Source: an uncultured Bifidobacteriaceae bacterium (GTDB lineage Bacteria > Acidobacteriota > Vicinamibacteria > Vicinamibacterales > UBA2999). From it: DNA of 64,000 nt. The notes beneath the pieces are model-generated. The model was given only the letters and a program-made list of their open reading frames with translations, searched no databases and was not told where the DNA came from. The position numbers were made by a program, and so were the translations under genes. The DNA lies in contig CAZHTD010000007.1 of the NCBI GenBank assembly GCA_964535675.1, forward strand, positions 5,701 to 69,700. Direction: 5' to 3'. This document shows positions 43,759 through 56,040 of the stretch, in pieces (within the stretch, counting starts at the first letter, position 1; each line of letters opens with the position of its first letter).

Positions 43759-45415
43759 ACGCCGCGTATTCGCCCGCCCGCAGGCGCGACCAGTAGTCGT
43801 CGAGCGCTCTACGCACGTGCCCGTGTAGCAGGTACACGCCCAGTAGGTTGGGCAGTGCCATCCCGAGGATCATCAGGTCGCCGAAGGACAGGACGTTGAT
43901 AGACGTGACTATCGAGCCGAGGAAGGTGAACAGCAGGAACGCGGCCTTGTACCAGTTCGACGCGCCGTAACCGAACAGCCAGACCGCGCAGCGCTCACCG
44001 TAGTAGGACCACGCGATCATCGTTGACAAAGCGAAGAGGAATACTGCCAGCGACAGCACGTACGGAAACCAGGCGATGTACTCGCTGAAGGCACGGGAGG
44101 TCAGGGCAGCGCCTTGGGCCGTCGTGATCAAGTCCGCGTACTCCGGGTTGTTGTAGGCACCGGTGATGTTGATGACGAGGGCGGTCATCGTGCAGATGAC
44201 GACCGTGTCGATGAAGGGCTCGAGCAGGGCCACGAAGCCTTCGCGCACAGGGTACTTCGTCCGTGCGGCCGAATGGGCGATGGCGGCCGAGCCGGCCCCG
44301 GCCTCGTTCGAGAAGGCCGCCCGTTGGAAGCCGGTGACCAGGACTCCGATGAACCCGCCGTAGGCTGCCTCTGGGGCGAAGGCTTCGGTGACGATGGCGG
44401 CGAGCGCGGCCGGGACCATCGGCAGGTTGGCCACGATCACGACGAAAGCGGCCGTGACGTAGACCGCCGACATGAACGGCATCAGCTTGTCGGTCACCGT
44501 GGCGATGCGCCGGATGCCGCCAATGATTACTACACCGACGAGGCCCGTCATCACAATGCCGTACACCCAGGGCGCGCCGGCCAGCGCGGGCACTGTCTCC
44601 TGAATCGCGTTCAGCGACTGGTTCACCTGGAAGCTGTTGCCTCCGCCGAACGAGCCGCCGATGCACAGCACGGCGAAGAACACCGCAAGGAACTTGCCAA
44701 GGCCAGTCAGGCCTCGCTCGGCTAGGCCGTGCTCGAGGTAGCGCACGGGTCCGCCCAAGACGTGGCCGTCCGGCGCGATGACGCGGTACATCTGGCCCAG
44801 CGTGCACTCGGTGAATTTGGTGGTCATACCGATCAGGCCCGCAACAATCATCCAGAAGGTGGCGCCAGGGCCGCCGATGCTGATGGCGATGGCGACGCCC
44901 GCGATGTTGCCGAGGCCAACCGTGGCCGAGAGCGCCGTGCTCAGTGCTTGGAAGTGGGAGACGTCGCCGGGCTCCTTCGGGTCGGTGTAGCGGCCGGTGA
45001 CCAGCCGCAGGGCGTGACGGAAGCCGCGGACGTTGATGAAGCCCATGCGGAGCGTCAGGAAGACCGCGGCTACCACCAGCCAGACGACGATGAAGGGCAG
45101 CTGCGTCACGTCGGTCCAGAACGCCAGGTCGAAGAAGAACACGGCGCCGATGGCGTTGTTGACGACGCCGAACACTTGGTCGGCCCGGTCCAGCAGGCCC
45201 AGCGCTTGGGGTGCGGCGTTGCTAGAAGCCTGCTGCTGTGCCAGCCCGGCCGCTAGGGCGCCCCGTAGGGGCACGGTTGCGGACCGTCCGCCGTTTGTGC
45301 TGATCGGGTTGGCAGTCGACACGGCGGTCTGGCCGTCCCCGATGGGCCCGGCCACGATTATTGCCGGGAGGAGGCAGAGGATTAGGGCGGTGCGCACAAG
45401 ATGGCGAATTGGCAT
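43751..45415 (-). CDS. alanine/glycine:cation symporter (AGCS) family transporter with an extra N-terminal signal-like segment
   Basis: ORF 43751..45580 trimmed to ATG 45415: MPIRHLVRTALILCLLPAIIVAG..., then FFFDLAFW...RGFRHALRLVTGRY...SHFQALSTALSATVGLGNIAGVAIAISIGGPGATFWM...KFTECTLGQMYR. Confidence 0.85.
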   Translation of the reverse strand: MPIRHLVRTALILCLLPAIIVAGPIGDGQTAVSTANPISTNGGRSATVPLRGALAAGLAQQQASSNAAPQALGLLDRADQVFGVVNNAIGAVFFFDLAFWTDVTQLPFIVVWLVVAAVFLTLRMGFINVRGFRHALRLVTGRYTDPKEPGDVSHFQALSTALSATVGLGNIAGVAIAISIGGPGATFWMIVAGLIGMTTKFTECTLGQMYRVIAPDGHVLGGPVRYLEHGLAERGLTGLGKFLAVFFAVLCIGGSFGGGNSFQVNQSLNAIQETVPALAGAPWVYGIVMTGLVGVVIIGGIRRIATVTDKLMPFMSAVYVTAAFVVIVANLPMVPAALAAIVTEAFAPEAAYGGFIGVLVTGFQRAAFSNEAGAGSAAIAHSAARTKYPVREGFVALLEPFIDTVVICTMTALVINITGAYNNPEYADLITTAQGAALTSRAFSEYIAWFPYVLSLAVFLFALSTMIAWSYYGERCAVWLFGYGASNWYKAAFLLFTFLGSIVTSINVLSFGDLMILGMALPNLLGVYLLHGHVRRALDDYWSRLRAGEYAAFR

Positions 45416-45460
45416 GGGTTCGAGTGTCTTCGCGGTCGATCGGGCGATGGGTCGTGACAG

Positions 45461-45489
45461 AGAATCCGGGAACGGGCGCAAAATGTCAA
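45461..45489 (-). promoter_or_regulatory. candidate promoter for the AGCS transporter (TTGACA-N17-GATTCT)
   Basis: The minus strand reads cgtTTGACAttttgcgcccgttcccgGATTCTctg. -35 at 45489-45484, -10 at 45466-45461. Confidence 0.4.
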
Positions 45490-45583
45490 ACGTGGTGACG
45501 CTGTGGCCGTGCCGGCGCCGGACACTAGAATTGTGATCGCGCACGAGACCGCTGGGAGTGAAGATGATCGATGGGGACACGGC

Positions 45584-46528
45584 ATGAGCGCGCGGCTGCT
45601 GGACGGCAAGGCCGCCGCCGCGCGAATTCGGGACGAGTTGCAGCCGTTGGTGAAACGGTTCCGGGAGGCGCGCGGGCGGGCGCCTGGCCTAGGCATCGTG
45701 CTGGCGGGCGACGATCCGGCCTCTGCCGTGTACGTGCGGAACAAGATGGCGTTGGCAGAGAAGGTCGGGCTCAGGGCCGATCTCGAGCGCTTGCCGACAT
45801 CGGCGCCGGTCGACGATGTGCTCGCCATCGTGACGCGGCTCAATGCGAGCCCGGACCACGACGGGATTCTCGTGCAGTCACCGTTGCCGGCCGGGATGGG
45901 CGCCGACGCCGAGCAGCGCGTGTTCGACGCCATCGATGCGAGAAAGGACGTCGATGGCCTGACCACGACGAACGTCGGCCTGCTGGTCCAGAAGCGGCCG
46001 TCGCTGGTCTCGTGCACGCCGGCTGGCATTATTCGGTTGCTGGCAATCGAGCGGGTTTCGATCGCCGGGGCTCACGCGGTAGTGGTGGGGCGGAGCGACA
46101 TCGTGGGCAAGCCCATGGCGCTACTGCTGCTGCACTGCGATGCTACGGTCACCTTGGCCCATTCCCGCACGCCGGAGCTCGCCACCGTCTGTCGCGGCGC
46201 CGACATCCTGGTCACCGCGGCCGGCCAGGCTGGCCTGATCCGCCGCGAGTACGTCAAGCCGGGCGCCGTGGTGGTCGACGTGGGGATGAATCGCGTGACT
46301 GACCCGGCGGTGGCGGCGGGCCTGTTCCCTGAGGGCGATCGGCGACTGGAACTGTTCCGGTCGAACGGCTCGGTGCTGGTGGGTGACGTGCAACCGGAGG
46401 TGGAGCAGGTCGCCGGTGCGCTCACGCCGGTGCCCGGGGGCGTGGGGCCGCTGACCGTCGCAATGCTGATGTCAAACGTGCTGCAGGCGGCTGGCGCACT
46501 CGACGGGGCGCGGGCGCCCACCGGATGA
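45584..46528 (+). CDS. folD: bifunctional methylenetetrahydrofolate dehydrogenase/cyclohydrolase
   Basis: ORF 45503..46528 trimmed to ATG 45584: LLDGKAAAARIRDEL...PGLGIVLAGDDPASAVYVRNK...GILVQSPLP...VVVGRSDIVGKPMALLL...PVPGGVGPLTVAML. Confidence 0.9.
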   Translation: MSARLLDGKAAAARIRDELQPLVKRFREARGRAPGLGIVLAGDDPASAVYVRNKMALAEKVGLRADLERLPTSAPVDDVLAIVTRLNASPDHDGILVQSPLPAGMGADAEQRVFDAIDARKDVDGLTTTNVGLLVQKRPSLVSCTPAGIIRLLAIERVSIAGAHAVVVGRSDIVGKPMALLLLHCDATVTLAHSRTPELATVCRGADILVTAAGQAGLIRREYVKPGAVVVDVGMNRVTDPAVAAGLFPEGDRRLELFRSNGSVLVGDVQPEVEQVAGALTPVPGGVGPLTVAMLMSNVLQAAGALDGARAPTG

Positions 46529-47121
46529 AACACATCGCGCTCACGGGAGGGCTCGCCACTGGCAAGTCCTTCGTGCGTGACGCGTTCGCGCGGCGCGGCG
46601 TGCCGACATTCGATGCCGACGCTGCGGCGCGGGCGGCGGTCGCCCCGGGCACGCTGGGGCTCGACGCTGTGATAGCCCGCTTCGGTGACACGGTGCTCGA
46701 TCAGTCGGGCCGGCTCGATCGCCGGCGGCTGGCCGGCGTGGTTTTTGGTGACCCGGGCGCGCGGGCGACCCTTGAGGGCATCGTCCACCCGGAGGTAGAG
46801 TGGGCGCGCGACGCTTGGTTCTCCAGCTTGGCTGACAGTCCGCAGGGCTTCGCGGTAGCGGAGATCCAGTTGTTCTACGAGGCTGGTTTCGAGGCCGGCT
46901 TCGACGCTGTGATCGTGGCGGCCTGCGCGCCAGAGACCCAGGTCGCCCGCGCGGTGGCCCGGGGCGGGCTGACCGAAGAGGAAGCGCGGCTGCGCATCGC
47001 CGCCCAACTGCCGATTGCCGAGAAGGCGCGGCGCGCCGACCACGTCGTCCGCACCGACGGTACGCTGGAGGACACTGAGCGCCAGGTGTGGGAGCTGTAC
47101 GAGGCGCTGTGTGTGCGGTAG
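46525..47121 (+). CDS. coaE: dephospho-CoA kinase
   Basis: ORF track: MKHIALTGGLATGKSFV...FDADAAA...IVHPEV... ATGA overlap with folD. Confidence 0.85.
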   Translation: MKHIALTGGLATGKSFVRDAFARRGVPTFDADAAARAAVAPGTLGLDAVIARFGDTVLDQSGRLDRRRLAGVVFGDPGARATLEGIVHPEVEWARDAWFSSLADSPQGFAVAEIQLFYEAGFEAGFDAVIVAACAPETQVARAVARGGLTEEEARLRIAAQLPIAEKARRADHVVRTDGTLEDTERQVWELYEALCVR

Positions 47122-47140
47122 CGGGCGACGGCTGTTGCCG

Positions 47141-47176
47141 AGGGGCCAGACGGTCCCTTTCGGCAGAGTGGCCCCT
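47141..47176. terminator. hairpin between convergent coaE and lapB (8-bp stem AGGGGCCA/TGGCCCCT, 20-nt loop)
   Basis: Inverted repeat at 47141-47148 and 47169-47176. The loop is large and there is no clear U-tract. Confidence 0.35.
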
Positions 47177-47187
47177 GGATTCGGGCC

Positions 47188-48417
47188 TCAGGACTCAGTC
47201 GTGGTAGCGCGGGTATCGGCGGTCTCGTCATGGCGGGCTGGAGCGATCCGCTCTTCGACGAATGTGTTCCATTCGTGACACTGCGGGCACTGCCACAACA
47301 GCTCGGTACTGCGGTAGCGGCAGCGCACGCACACATGCGGGTCGAGGTAGAAGACCGCCTCCCTGGCTAGGGCCACGTAGCGAGCCACCAGCGTGGGGTC
47401 TAGGCCGAGGCCCGCGAGCGCCCGCCACGCTGCTTGGTGGATCACTAGGCCGTGCGGGTTGTGGGGGAGGGCGTCGAGGAGCACGTCGAAGGCCTCCCGG
47501 TGGCGGCCGGCTGTGTCCAAGTGCCGCGACAGGGCTAGCCGGGCCCGCCAGTCTTGGTCGTTGGTGGCGATGAGCCGCTGGCACAGCGCCGCGAAGGCGT
47601 CCGAACGGTTCAGCGATCGGTACGCCCGTTCCAGCCGATCGAAGACCAAGTGGGCCCGGTCGGGCGCCATCTCCACCAGCGTCTCCCACGCATGGACCGC
47701 TCCAGGCAGGTCACCCAGCTGTTCGCGGACGTCGCCAAGGTTCAGGTGGGCAGGGAGCGTCCGTGCGTCGGCCTCCATGGCGCAGGTGAAGGTACGCGCG
47801 GCCTCGTCGAGCGCGCCGTTGCCCAACTGGACCTCGCCCATGGCGTTGTGCAGGAACCCCTGGATCTGGCCGTCGCCTGTGCCGAGCTCGACGTCGAGCT
47901 GTTCCCGCACCCGCAGCGCATCGGCCCACTGATGCTGCTCCTCGTGCAGCTTCTGGAGGTTGATCAGCGCGTAGCGGTTGCGGGGGTCGAGACGCAGGAC
48001 CTCGGTGAAGGCCTCGAGCGCGCGGTCCACGAATCCGCCGTGGCGAAAATCGAGCCCCAGGCAAAGCAGAATGTACGCATGCTCAAGTGTTGTCAGGTCG
48101 GCACGCTGGAGCAGCGCCTCGTGCACGTTGATGGCACGGCCCACCTGCCCCTTCTCACGGTAGAGGTTGCCCTGGATCAAGTGCAGCTCAAGGGCGTCGT
48201 TGCCGGCCGAAATTGCGCGCCCAAGCTCGTCGAGTGCTTGGTCGCGCCGGTTGTCGGCGAGGTAGTTGAGGCCCAGCATGTAGTGGGGCGTCTCGCGGAG
48301 CCGGCGCCGGTCGACCCAGCGGCCATCGTGCAGCTTGTAACGCTCCCAGGCCTTGCCGACGGTCAGTCCCAGTAGCAGCGCCACCAGCGGGAGGACGATG
48401 ATCAGGGAGTCGCCCAT
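47188..48417 (-). CDS. lapB: LPS assembly regulator LapB/YciM-like (N-terminal TM, TPR repeats, C-terminal zinc knuckle)
   Basis: ORF track: MGDSLIIVLPLVALLLGLTVGKAW..., multiple TPRs, and a C-terminal CVRCRYRSTELLWQCPQCHEWNTF. Confidence 0.8.
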   Translation of the reverse strand: MGDSLIIVLPLVALLLGLTVGKAWERYKLHDGRWVDRRRLRETPHYMLGLNYLADNRRDQALDELGRAISAGNDALELHLIQGNLYREKGQVGRAINVHEALLQRADLTTLEHAYILLCLGLDFRHGGFVDRALEAFTEVLRLDPRNRYALINLQKLHEEQHQWADALRVREQLDVELGTGDGQIQGFLHNAMGEVQLGNGALDEAARTFTCAMEADARTLPAHLNLGDVREQLGDLPGAVHAWETLVEMAPDRAHLVFDRLERAYRSLNRSDAFAALCQRLIATNDQDWRARLALSRHLDTAGRHREAFDVLLDALPHNPHGLVIHQAAWRALAGLGLDPTLVARYVALAREAVFYLDPHVCVRCRYRSTELLWQCPQCHEWNTFVEERIAPARHDETADTRATTTES

Positions 48418-48429
48418 GGTGGTCCTCGG

Positions 48430-49401
48430 TCAAATCATCTCGGTACGCCAGAGGGCGTGGAGGTGCACGACGCCCGCCACGCTGCCGGCAGGCTCGACGA
48501 CGATGATCGAGGTGTACTTGTGCGCTTCGAGGAGCCGCAGCGCCTCGACGGCTAGGGCGTCGCGTGTGAGGGTGAGCGGTTCGCGCGTCATCACGTCCAC
48601 GGCACGGCGCTCAAGCAGGGTGGGCGACGCGCTCATGTGGCGCCGCAGGTCGCCGTCGGTGATTATGCCCACTAGGCGGCGATCGCTGTCCACCACGCAC
48701 GTCATCCCCAGGCCCTTGCTCGACATCTCATAGATGACCTCGGGCATGACGGCGTCGCGGCCTACCACTGGGGCGTCGTCGCCGGCCTGCATGAGCTGCT
48801 CGACCCGCATCAGGCGCTTGCCCAGCTTGCCGCCGGGGTGGAGCGAGGCGAAGTCCTCTTGCCGGAAGCCCTTCGCGACGGAGAGCGTCATGGCGAGCGC
48901 GTCGCCGAGCGCCAGCGCCGCCGTGGTGCTGGCGGTGGGTGCGAGGTTCATCGGGCACGCCTCCTCCGAGACGTGGCAGTCGAGCACAACGTCGGCGGCT
49001 TGGCCCAGCGTCGAGGTCGGGGTGCCCGTCAGCGCGATCAGTGAGGCGCCCAGTCGCCGGATTGTCTCCAGCAAGCGCACCAGTTCGTCGGTCTCGCCGC
49101 TGTGGGAGAGCGCGATGACCACATCGCTGCCCTGGACGACGCCGAGGTCCCCGTGCAGCGCCTCAGCCGGGTGCAAGAAGAAGGCCGGCGTACCGGTGCT
49201 CGCCAGTGTAGCGGCGACCTTGCGGCAGACGATACCCGATTTGCCCATGCCCGTGACGATCACACGGCCCTGGCACTCGAGCAGCAGACGCGCAGCGGCC
49301 TTGAACCGGGTGTCCAGACGATCGATCAGGCCGAGGATGGCCGCCGCCTCAGTCTCAAGCACCTGTTGGGCCAGCGCCAAGTCGAAACACGGCGCGGTCA
49401 C
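48430..49401 (-). CDS. kdsD: arabinose-5-phosphate isomerase (KpsF/KdsD; SIS plus tandem CBS)
   Basis: ORF track: RVIVTGMGKSGIVCRKVAATLASTGTPAFFLHPAEALHGDLG...ALSHSGETDE...APTASTTAALALGDAL, then CBS domains. Confidence 0.85.
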   Translation of the reverse strand: MTAPCFDLALAQQVLETEAAAILGLIDRLDTRFKAAARLLLECQGRVIVTGMGKSGIVCRKVAATLASTGTPAFFLHPAEALHGDLGVVQGSDVVIALSHSGETDELVRLLETIRRLGASLIALTGTPTSTLGQAADVVLDCHVSEEACPMNLAPTASTTAALALGDALAMTLSVAKGFRQEDFASLHPGGKLGKRLMRVEQLMQAGDDAPVVGRDAVMPEVIYEMSSKGLGMTCVVDSDRRLVGIITDGDLRRHMSASPTLLERRAVDVMTREPLTLTRDALAVEALRLLEAHKYTSIIVVEPAGSVAGVVHLHALWRTEMI

Positions 49402-50243
49402 GCTGGCCGCTCCGTTTCCGCGTCGCGGCCGTGCGAGGCCTCGTCGACGCGCAGGAGCTTGCCGACCAAGGTTTCGAGGAGGTCAAGTCGTAGGGCGTTG
49501 CCGCCGTCGCTCGGCGCGCGCGCCGGATCGTCGTGGACCTCCACGAACACTGCGTCGACCCCGGCGGCTACACCGGCGGCGGCCATCGGCTCGATGTACT
49601 CAGCTAGGCCCGTGGTAGCCCCGTTGCCGGCCCCCGGCAGCTGGAGACTGTGGGTGACGTCGAATACCACCGGGTGTCCCAGTGCGCGCAGCATCGGGAA
49701 GGCGCGGACATCGACCACCAAGTTGTTGTAGCCGAAGCTGACGCCTCGCTCTGTTACCAGAACGTTGGCGTTGCCCTCGGCGGTGATCTTGTCGATCGCA
49801 TGGCGCATGTCCCGCGGCGCGAGGAACTGTCCCTTCTTGATGTTGACGGCCTTGCCGCTGCGGGCTGCGGCCACGAGCAGGTCGGTCTGCCGCGAGAGGA
49901 AAGCGGGGATCTGCAGGACGTCAACGACTGCCGCGGTGGGCTCGACCTGCTGCGTCTCGTGGACGTCGGTCAGCACCGGCAGCCCGGTGCGCGCGCGGAC
50001 CTCGGCGAGAACGCGCAGGCCGGCCTCGAGTCCCGGGCCGCGGAAGGCCGTGCCTGAGGTGCGGTTGGCCTTGTCGAACGAGGCCTTGAAAACCACGGGC
50101 ACGCCCGTCCGCTCGGCAATGGCTCGTAGGGCGTCGGCCATCTCGAGGGCGTGCTCCCGGCTCTCGATGACGCACGGTCCTAGGATAAAGGTTAGGGGCT
50201 GGCCAGTGCCCACGGTCAGGGGGCCGATGCGGGCCGGTTGCAC
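49398..50243 (-). CDS. kdsA: 3-deoxy-8-phosphooctulonate synthase
   Basis: ORF track: ILGPCVIESREHAL...FKASFDKANRTS...LTDVHE...LQIPAFLSRQTDLL...NIKKGQFLAP...FDVTHSLQLPG. Confidence 0.9.
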   Translation of the reverse strand: MQPARIGPLTVGTGQPLTFILGPCVIESREHALEMADALRAIAERTGVPVVFKASFDKANRTSGTAFRGPGLEAGLRVLAEVRARTGLPVLTDVHETQQVEPTAAVVDVLQIPAFLSRQTDLLVAAARSGKAVNIKKGQFLAPRDMRHAIDKITAEGNANVLVTERGVSFGYNNLVVDVRAFPMLRALGHPVVFDVTHSLQLPGAGNGATTGLAEYIEPMAAAGVAAGVDAVFVEVHDDPARAPSDGGNALRLDLLETLVGKLLRVDEASHGRDAETERPA

Positions 50244-50274
50244 GGCCCCATTCTACCCACAGCGGGTGTCGCCG

Positions 50275-52709
<2,435 letters not shown>

Positions 52710-52780
52710 ATTAAATCATAGCACGTAGGTTAACGTAACCGACTCGTCACACCGAAACAGTACAATCGGGCTACGCACCG

Positions 52781-53299
52781 ATGGACTGGAAGACGACCGC
52801 GGTGATGTCGGGCTTCGGGATCGTGGCGACGTGGATGGCATCTGCGCCGCCGGTGCCACCGCGCGCGCCGGTGGGGTCCGTACCCGTTCCCCCGACCACG
52901 CAGGTCGTGGCGTCCCCGATTGAGCAGGAGGCCGCCCGCCTCGCGCGCGGGCTCGACCTCCAGGCGCGCCCTGGCCCGCCGTCGCGGAACCCGTTCCGGT
53001 TCGGTGTTGCGACCCCCGCGCCGACGGTCGCCCCGGCCGCCTCGGTGGTACCCGCCGCCGCGGCTGCGCCCACGGCGGCAGCCCACGCGGTGCCGTCGCT
53101 CTCGCTAGCGGGCATCGCCGAGGACGTCGTGGAGGGAACGATCGTCCGGACCGCTATCCTGAGCGGACCGTCGGGGATCGTGCTGGCCCGGGTGGGGGAT
53201 GTGGTGACGGAGGGCTACCGCGTCTCGTCCATCGAGGCCGGTGCAGTGGAGCTCGCGGCCGATGGAGCCGTGCCTCTCACTCTTTCGCTGACACCCTGA
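52781..53299 (+). CDS. membrane-anchored Ala/Pro-rich hypothetical protein
   Basis: ORF track, 172 aa. An N-terminal TM (TTAVMSGFGIVATWMA), a Pro/Ala linker, and a C-terminal beta-like module (LSLAGIAEDVVEGTIVRTAILSGPSGIVLARVGDVVTEGYRVSSIEAGAVEL) reminiscent of PilP/GspC-type domains. This is a weak call. Confidence 0.45.
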   Translation: MDWKTTAVMSGFGIVATWMASAPPVPPRAPVGSVPVPPTTQVVASPIEQEAARLARGLDLQARPGPPSRNPFRFGVATPAPTVAPAASVVPAAAAAPTAAAHAVPSLSLAGIAEDVVEGTIVRTAILSGPSGIVLARVGDVVTEGYRVSSIEAGAVELAADGAVPLTLSLTP

Positions 53300-54866
53300 C
53301 TAGGTGCGCGTCTTGGACGGCCTTCACACCGCGCAGTTCGTCGAGCAGCGCGGGCGCGATGTCCTCACGCTCGTCCACGTTGACGACGCCGATGGCGCGC
53401 CTGCCGTCGCGGCCGAGGGCGAAGTTGGCGATGTTCACGCGGTGGCGCCCGAGCAGCGAGCCGACGTCGCCGATCACCCCGGGCAGGTCCTCGTTCCGCA
53501 GGACGATCAGGGTGCCGGCTAGCGGCGCGTCGACGCCAATGCCGTCCACTAGCACAAGCCGGGGCGCGAGGCCATCGAACACCGCGCCCTCAACCCACAG
53601 CTCGCTCTTGTCGGTAAGGAGCTTGACCGAAATCAGGCTCGTGAAGTTCCGGGGCCGCGAGCTGCGCGACTCGACGATGTCGATGCCGCGATCGGCCGCC
53701 ACCTGTCGCGCGTTGACGGGGGTCACCGTCGACGAGAGGATCGGCTTGAACAGCCCCACGAGGACCGCGTTGACGAGCATGTCGTTCCGTCCGTCGGCCA
53801 GCTCGCCATAGTACCGAACGCCGAGCGAGTGGCCCCGGCCCTCGTTCATCTGCGCTAGGAACTCGCCGAGTCGCTCGCCGAGTATCAGGAAGGGCTGGAG
53901 TCGGGTGAACTCCTCAGGTGACACCGACGGGAAGTTCACCGCGTTGCGGATGACATTGTCGCGCAGGAAGTCGCGCAGGGCTGCGGCCGTCTCGGTACCG
54001 ACCAACTCCTGCCCCTCGCGCGTGGAGGCCGCAATGTGCGGCGAGGCCACCACCTGGGGCAGGGCCTGGAGCCGTCGGTCGGTGGGCGGCTCCTTGCGGT
54101 AGACGTCCAGCGCCGCGCCGCCGACCTGGCCGGACTCGATGGCGTCGGCCAGCGCAGCTTCGTCCACGAGGTCGCCACGGGCGGTGTTGATGATCCGGAT
54201 GTCCTTCTTGGCGCGCGCCAGACGCTCGGCGTTCACTAGATTCCGCGTGTTCACGTTCGACGGCATGTGGAGCGACACGTAGTCGGCGCGCGCGAAGAGG
54301 TAGTCGAGCGATACCAACTCGGCCCCAAGGTCGCGCGCGACCTGCTCGGCAATGAACGGGTCGTGGGCGATCAGTCGCATGCCGAAGGCCGCCGCGCGGT
54401 GGGCCACCTCCTGCCCGATCCGGCCGAGCCCCGCGAGGCCGAGTGTTTTCTCCCGGAGCTCCTGCCCGAGGAACTTCCTCTTTTCCCACTTGCCCTGCTT
54501 CATCGACGCGTCGGCGGCGGGCAGATGGCGGGCCAGCGACAGCATCATCCCGAGCGCGAGCTCGGCCACGCTGACGCTGTTGGCGCCGGGCGCGTTCATC
54601 ACCACGATGCCGCGGGCGCTCGCGGCCGGAACGTCGACGTTATCGACGCCGGTGCCAGCGCGGGCAATCACCCGCAGCTTGGGCGCCGCCTCAATGAGCG
54701 GTGCAGTGACCTTGGTGGCGCTGCGGACGACGATGGCGTCGGCGTTCTTCAGGTCCTCGGCGAGTTGTGCGGGGCCCCGGCCGGTCCGGGCATCAATCTC
54801 CCAGCCTTCGGCGCGGAGCAGATCGAGGGCACTGGCGGGGAGGTCATCGGCAACGACGATCTTCAC
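53277..54866 (-). CDS. serA: D-3-phosphoglycerate dehydrogenase (long form with a C-terminal ACT domain)
   Basis: ORF track: MKIVVADDL...GLAGLGRIGQEVA...VSLHMPS...ARGDLVDE...ALDVY..EP...SPHIAAST. Confidence 0.9.
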   Translation of the reverse strand: MKIVVADDLPASALDLLRAEGWEIDARTGRGPAQLAEDLKNADAIVVRSATKVTAPLIEAAPKLRVIARAGTGVDNVDVPAASARGIVVMNAPGANSVSVAELALGMMLSLARHLPAADASMKQGKWEKRKFLGQELREKTLGLAGLGRIGQEVAHRAAAFGMRLIAHDPFIAEQVARDLGAELVSLDYLFARADYVSLHMPSNVNTRNLVNAERLARAKKDIRIINTARGDLVDEAALADAIESGQVGGAALDVYRKEPPTDRRLQALPQVVASPHIAASTREGQELVGTETAAALRDFLRDNVIRNAVNFPSVSPEEFTRLQPFLILGERLGEFLAQMNEGRGHSLGVRYYGELADGRNDMLVNAVLVGLFKPILSSTVTPVNARQVAADRGIDIVESRSSRPRNFTSLISVKLLTDKSELWVEGAVFDGLAPRLVLVDGIGVDAPLAGTLIVLRNEDLPGVIGDVGSLLGRHRVNIANFALGRDGRRAIGVVNVDEREDIAPALLDELRGVKAVQDAHLVRVSAKE

Positions 54867-55113
54867 GGGTGGTTGGCGAGGTTAGAGGTTGGAATCAACC
54901 AGCATTCTCGCAAGTATAATCTCCCATCGTGGCCTTGGCGCATCACTGCGTCCAGGCGGCGCGCACCACGAAGGTGCAAACTGCAAGAACCTGCGGAATT
55001 TACCCGGTGTTGACAGGGATGACGGCGGGTTTTCAACAGGGTTTTCCACAGGAAGTGTGCGTAACCGGTCTCACAGGTGGGGGTCGGTGCCCTAACGAAG
55101 CTCGAGGATCTTC

Positions 55114-56040
55114 ATGAATCGCAAAGTGACAGTGGTAGGGGGTGCCGGCAACGTCGGCGCAACGGTGGCGCGGGCCATCGCAGAGAAGGAGTTGGCGGAT
55201 GTCGTGATCATCGACATCGCCGATCAAAAGGCGGCAGGAATCGCACTCGATGTCTTGCAGGCGTGCCCGATCGGCCAGTCGGACTCGCGTGTGGTCGGCG
55301 GCAACGACTGGACTGCCGCGGCTCGCTCGGACATCGTCGTCATCACCTCGGGCAAGCCTCGTAAGCCCGGGATGAGCCGTGACGACCTTGTGCGCGACAA
55401 CTACACGATCATGGAAAGCATTGCTCCCAAGGTGGTGCAGCACTGCCCGGACGCCATCGTGATCCCCGTGGCGAACCCGCTCGATGCCATGGCGCAAGCG
55501 CTCTTCCGGCTGACGAAGTTTCCCCGGGAGCGCATCATCGGGATGGCCGGGGTGCTGGACTCGGCCCGGATGAGCACGTTTGTAGCCATGGAATTGGGTG
55601 TCTCGGTGGAGAACATCCATTCGTTCGTACTCGGTGGCCACGGCGACACCATGGTGCCGCTGCCGCGCTACTCCACGGTGGCTGGCGTGCCGCTGACCGA
55701 GCTGCTCCCCAGCGCCACGATCGATGCCATCACCGCTCGCACCGCCCAGGGGGGCGCTGAGATCACCAAGCTGGTGGGTACCAGCGCTTGGTACGCGCCG
55801 GGCTCGGCGGTGTCCGAGATGGTGGAGGCCATCCTCAAGGACAAGAAGAAGATCCTCCCGTGCTCGGTCTTCCTGCAGGGCGAGTACGGCATCCACGACC
55901 TGTTCGTTGGCGTGCCAGTGAAGCTGGGTGCAAAGGGCGTGGAGGAGATCATCCAGATCACGCTGACGCCAGAGGAGGACGCAGCGCTCAAGAAGTCGGC
56001 GGCGGCCGTCAAGGAGCTCGTCGATGTCGTGGGGGCATAA
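55114..56040 (+). CDS. mdh: malate dehydrogenase (LDH-like type)
   Basis: ORF track: [16 protein letters not shown]...[18 protein letters not shown]...PVANPLDAM...[15 protein letters not shown] Shine-Dalgarno upstream. Confidence 0.9.
   Translation: MNRKVTVVGGAGNVGATVARAIAEKELADVVIIDIADQKAAGIALDVLQACPIGQSDSRVVGGNDWTAAARSDIVVITSGKPRKPGMSRDDLVRDNYTIMESIAPKVVQHCPDAIVIPVANPLDAMAQALFRLTKFPRERIIGMAGVLDSARMSTFVAMELGVSVENIHSFVLGGHGDTMVPLPRYSTVAGVPLTELLPSATIDAITARTAQGGAEITKLVGTSAWYAPGSAVSEMVEAILKDKKKILPCSVFLQGEYGIHDLFVGVPVKLGAKGVEEIIQITLTPEEDAALKKSAAAVKELVDVVGA

Noticed and set aside
45416-45583. A glycine riboswitch upstream of the alanine/glycine:cation symporter.
   Set aside because: The spacer lacks the GGAGAG...ACCGAAGGGGCAA core, and only an ACCGCGAAG fragment is present. 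A simple TTGACA-N17-GATTCT promoter explains the spacer better.
54916-54921. The TATAAT box in the serA-mdh spacer, read as the mdh promoter.
   Set aside because: It would give a leader of about 190 nt, and I see no acceptable -35 at 16-19 bp spacing. On the other strand it reads TATACT, which could serve serA. The case is too ambiguous to annotate.
55008-55038. The inverted hexamers TGTTGA-N19-TCAACA (containing a TTGACA) upstream of mdh, read as an operator or promoter.
   Set aside because: The half-sites are only 6 bp long. The sequence 17 nt downstream of TTGACA (TCAACA) is a poor -10. There is not enough evidence to call a regulatory site.
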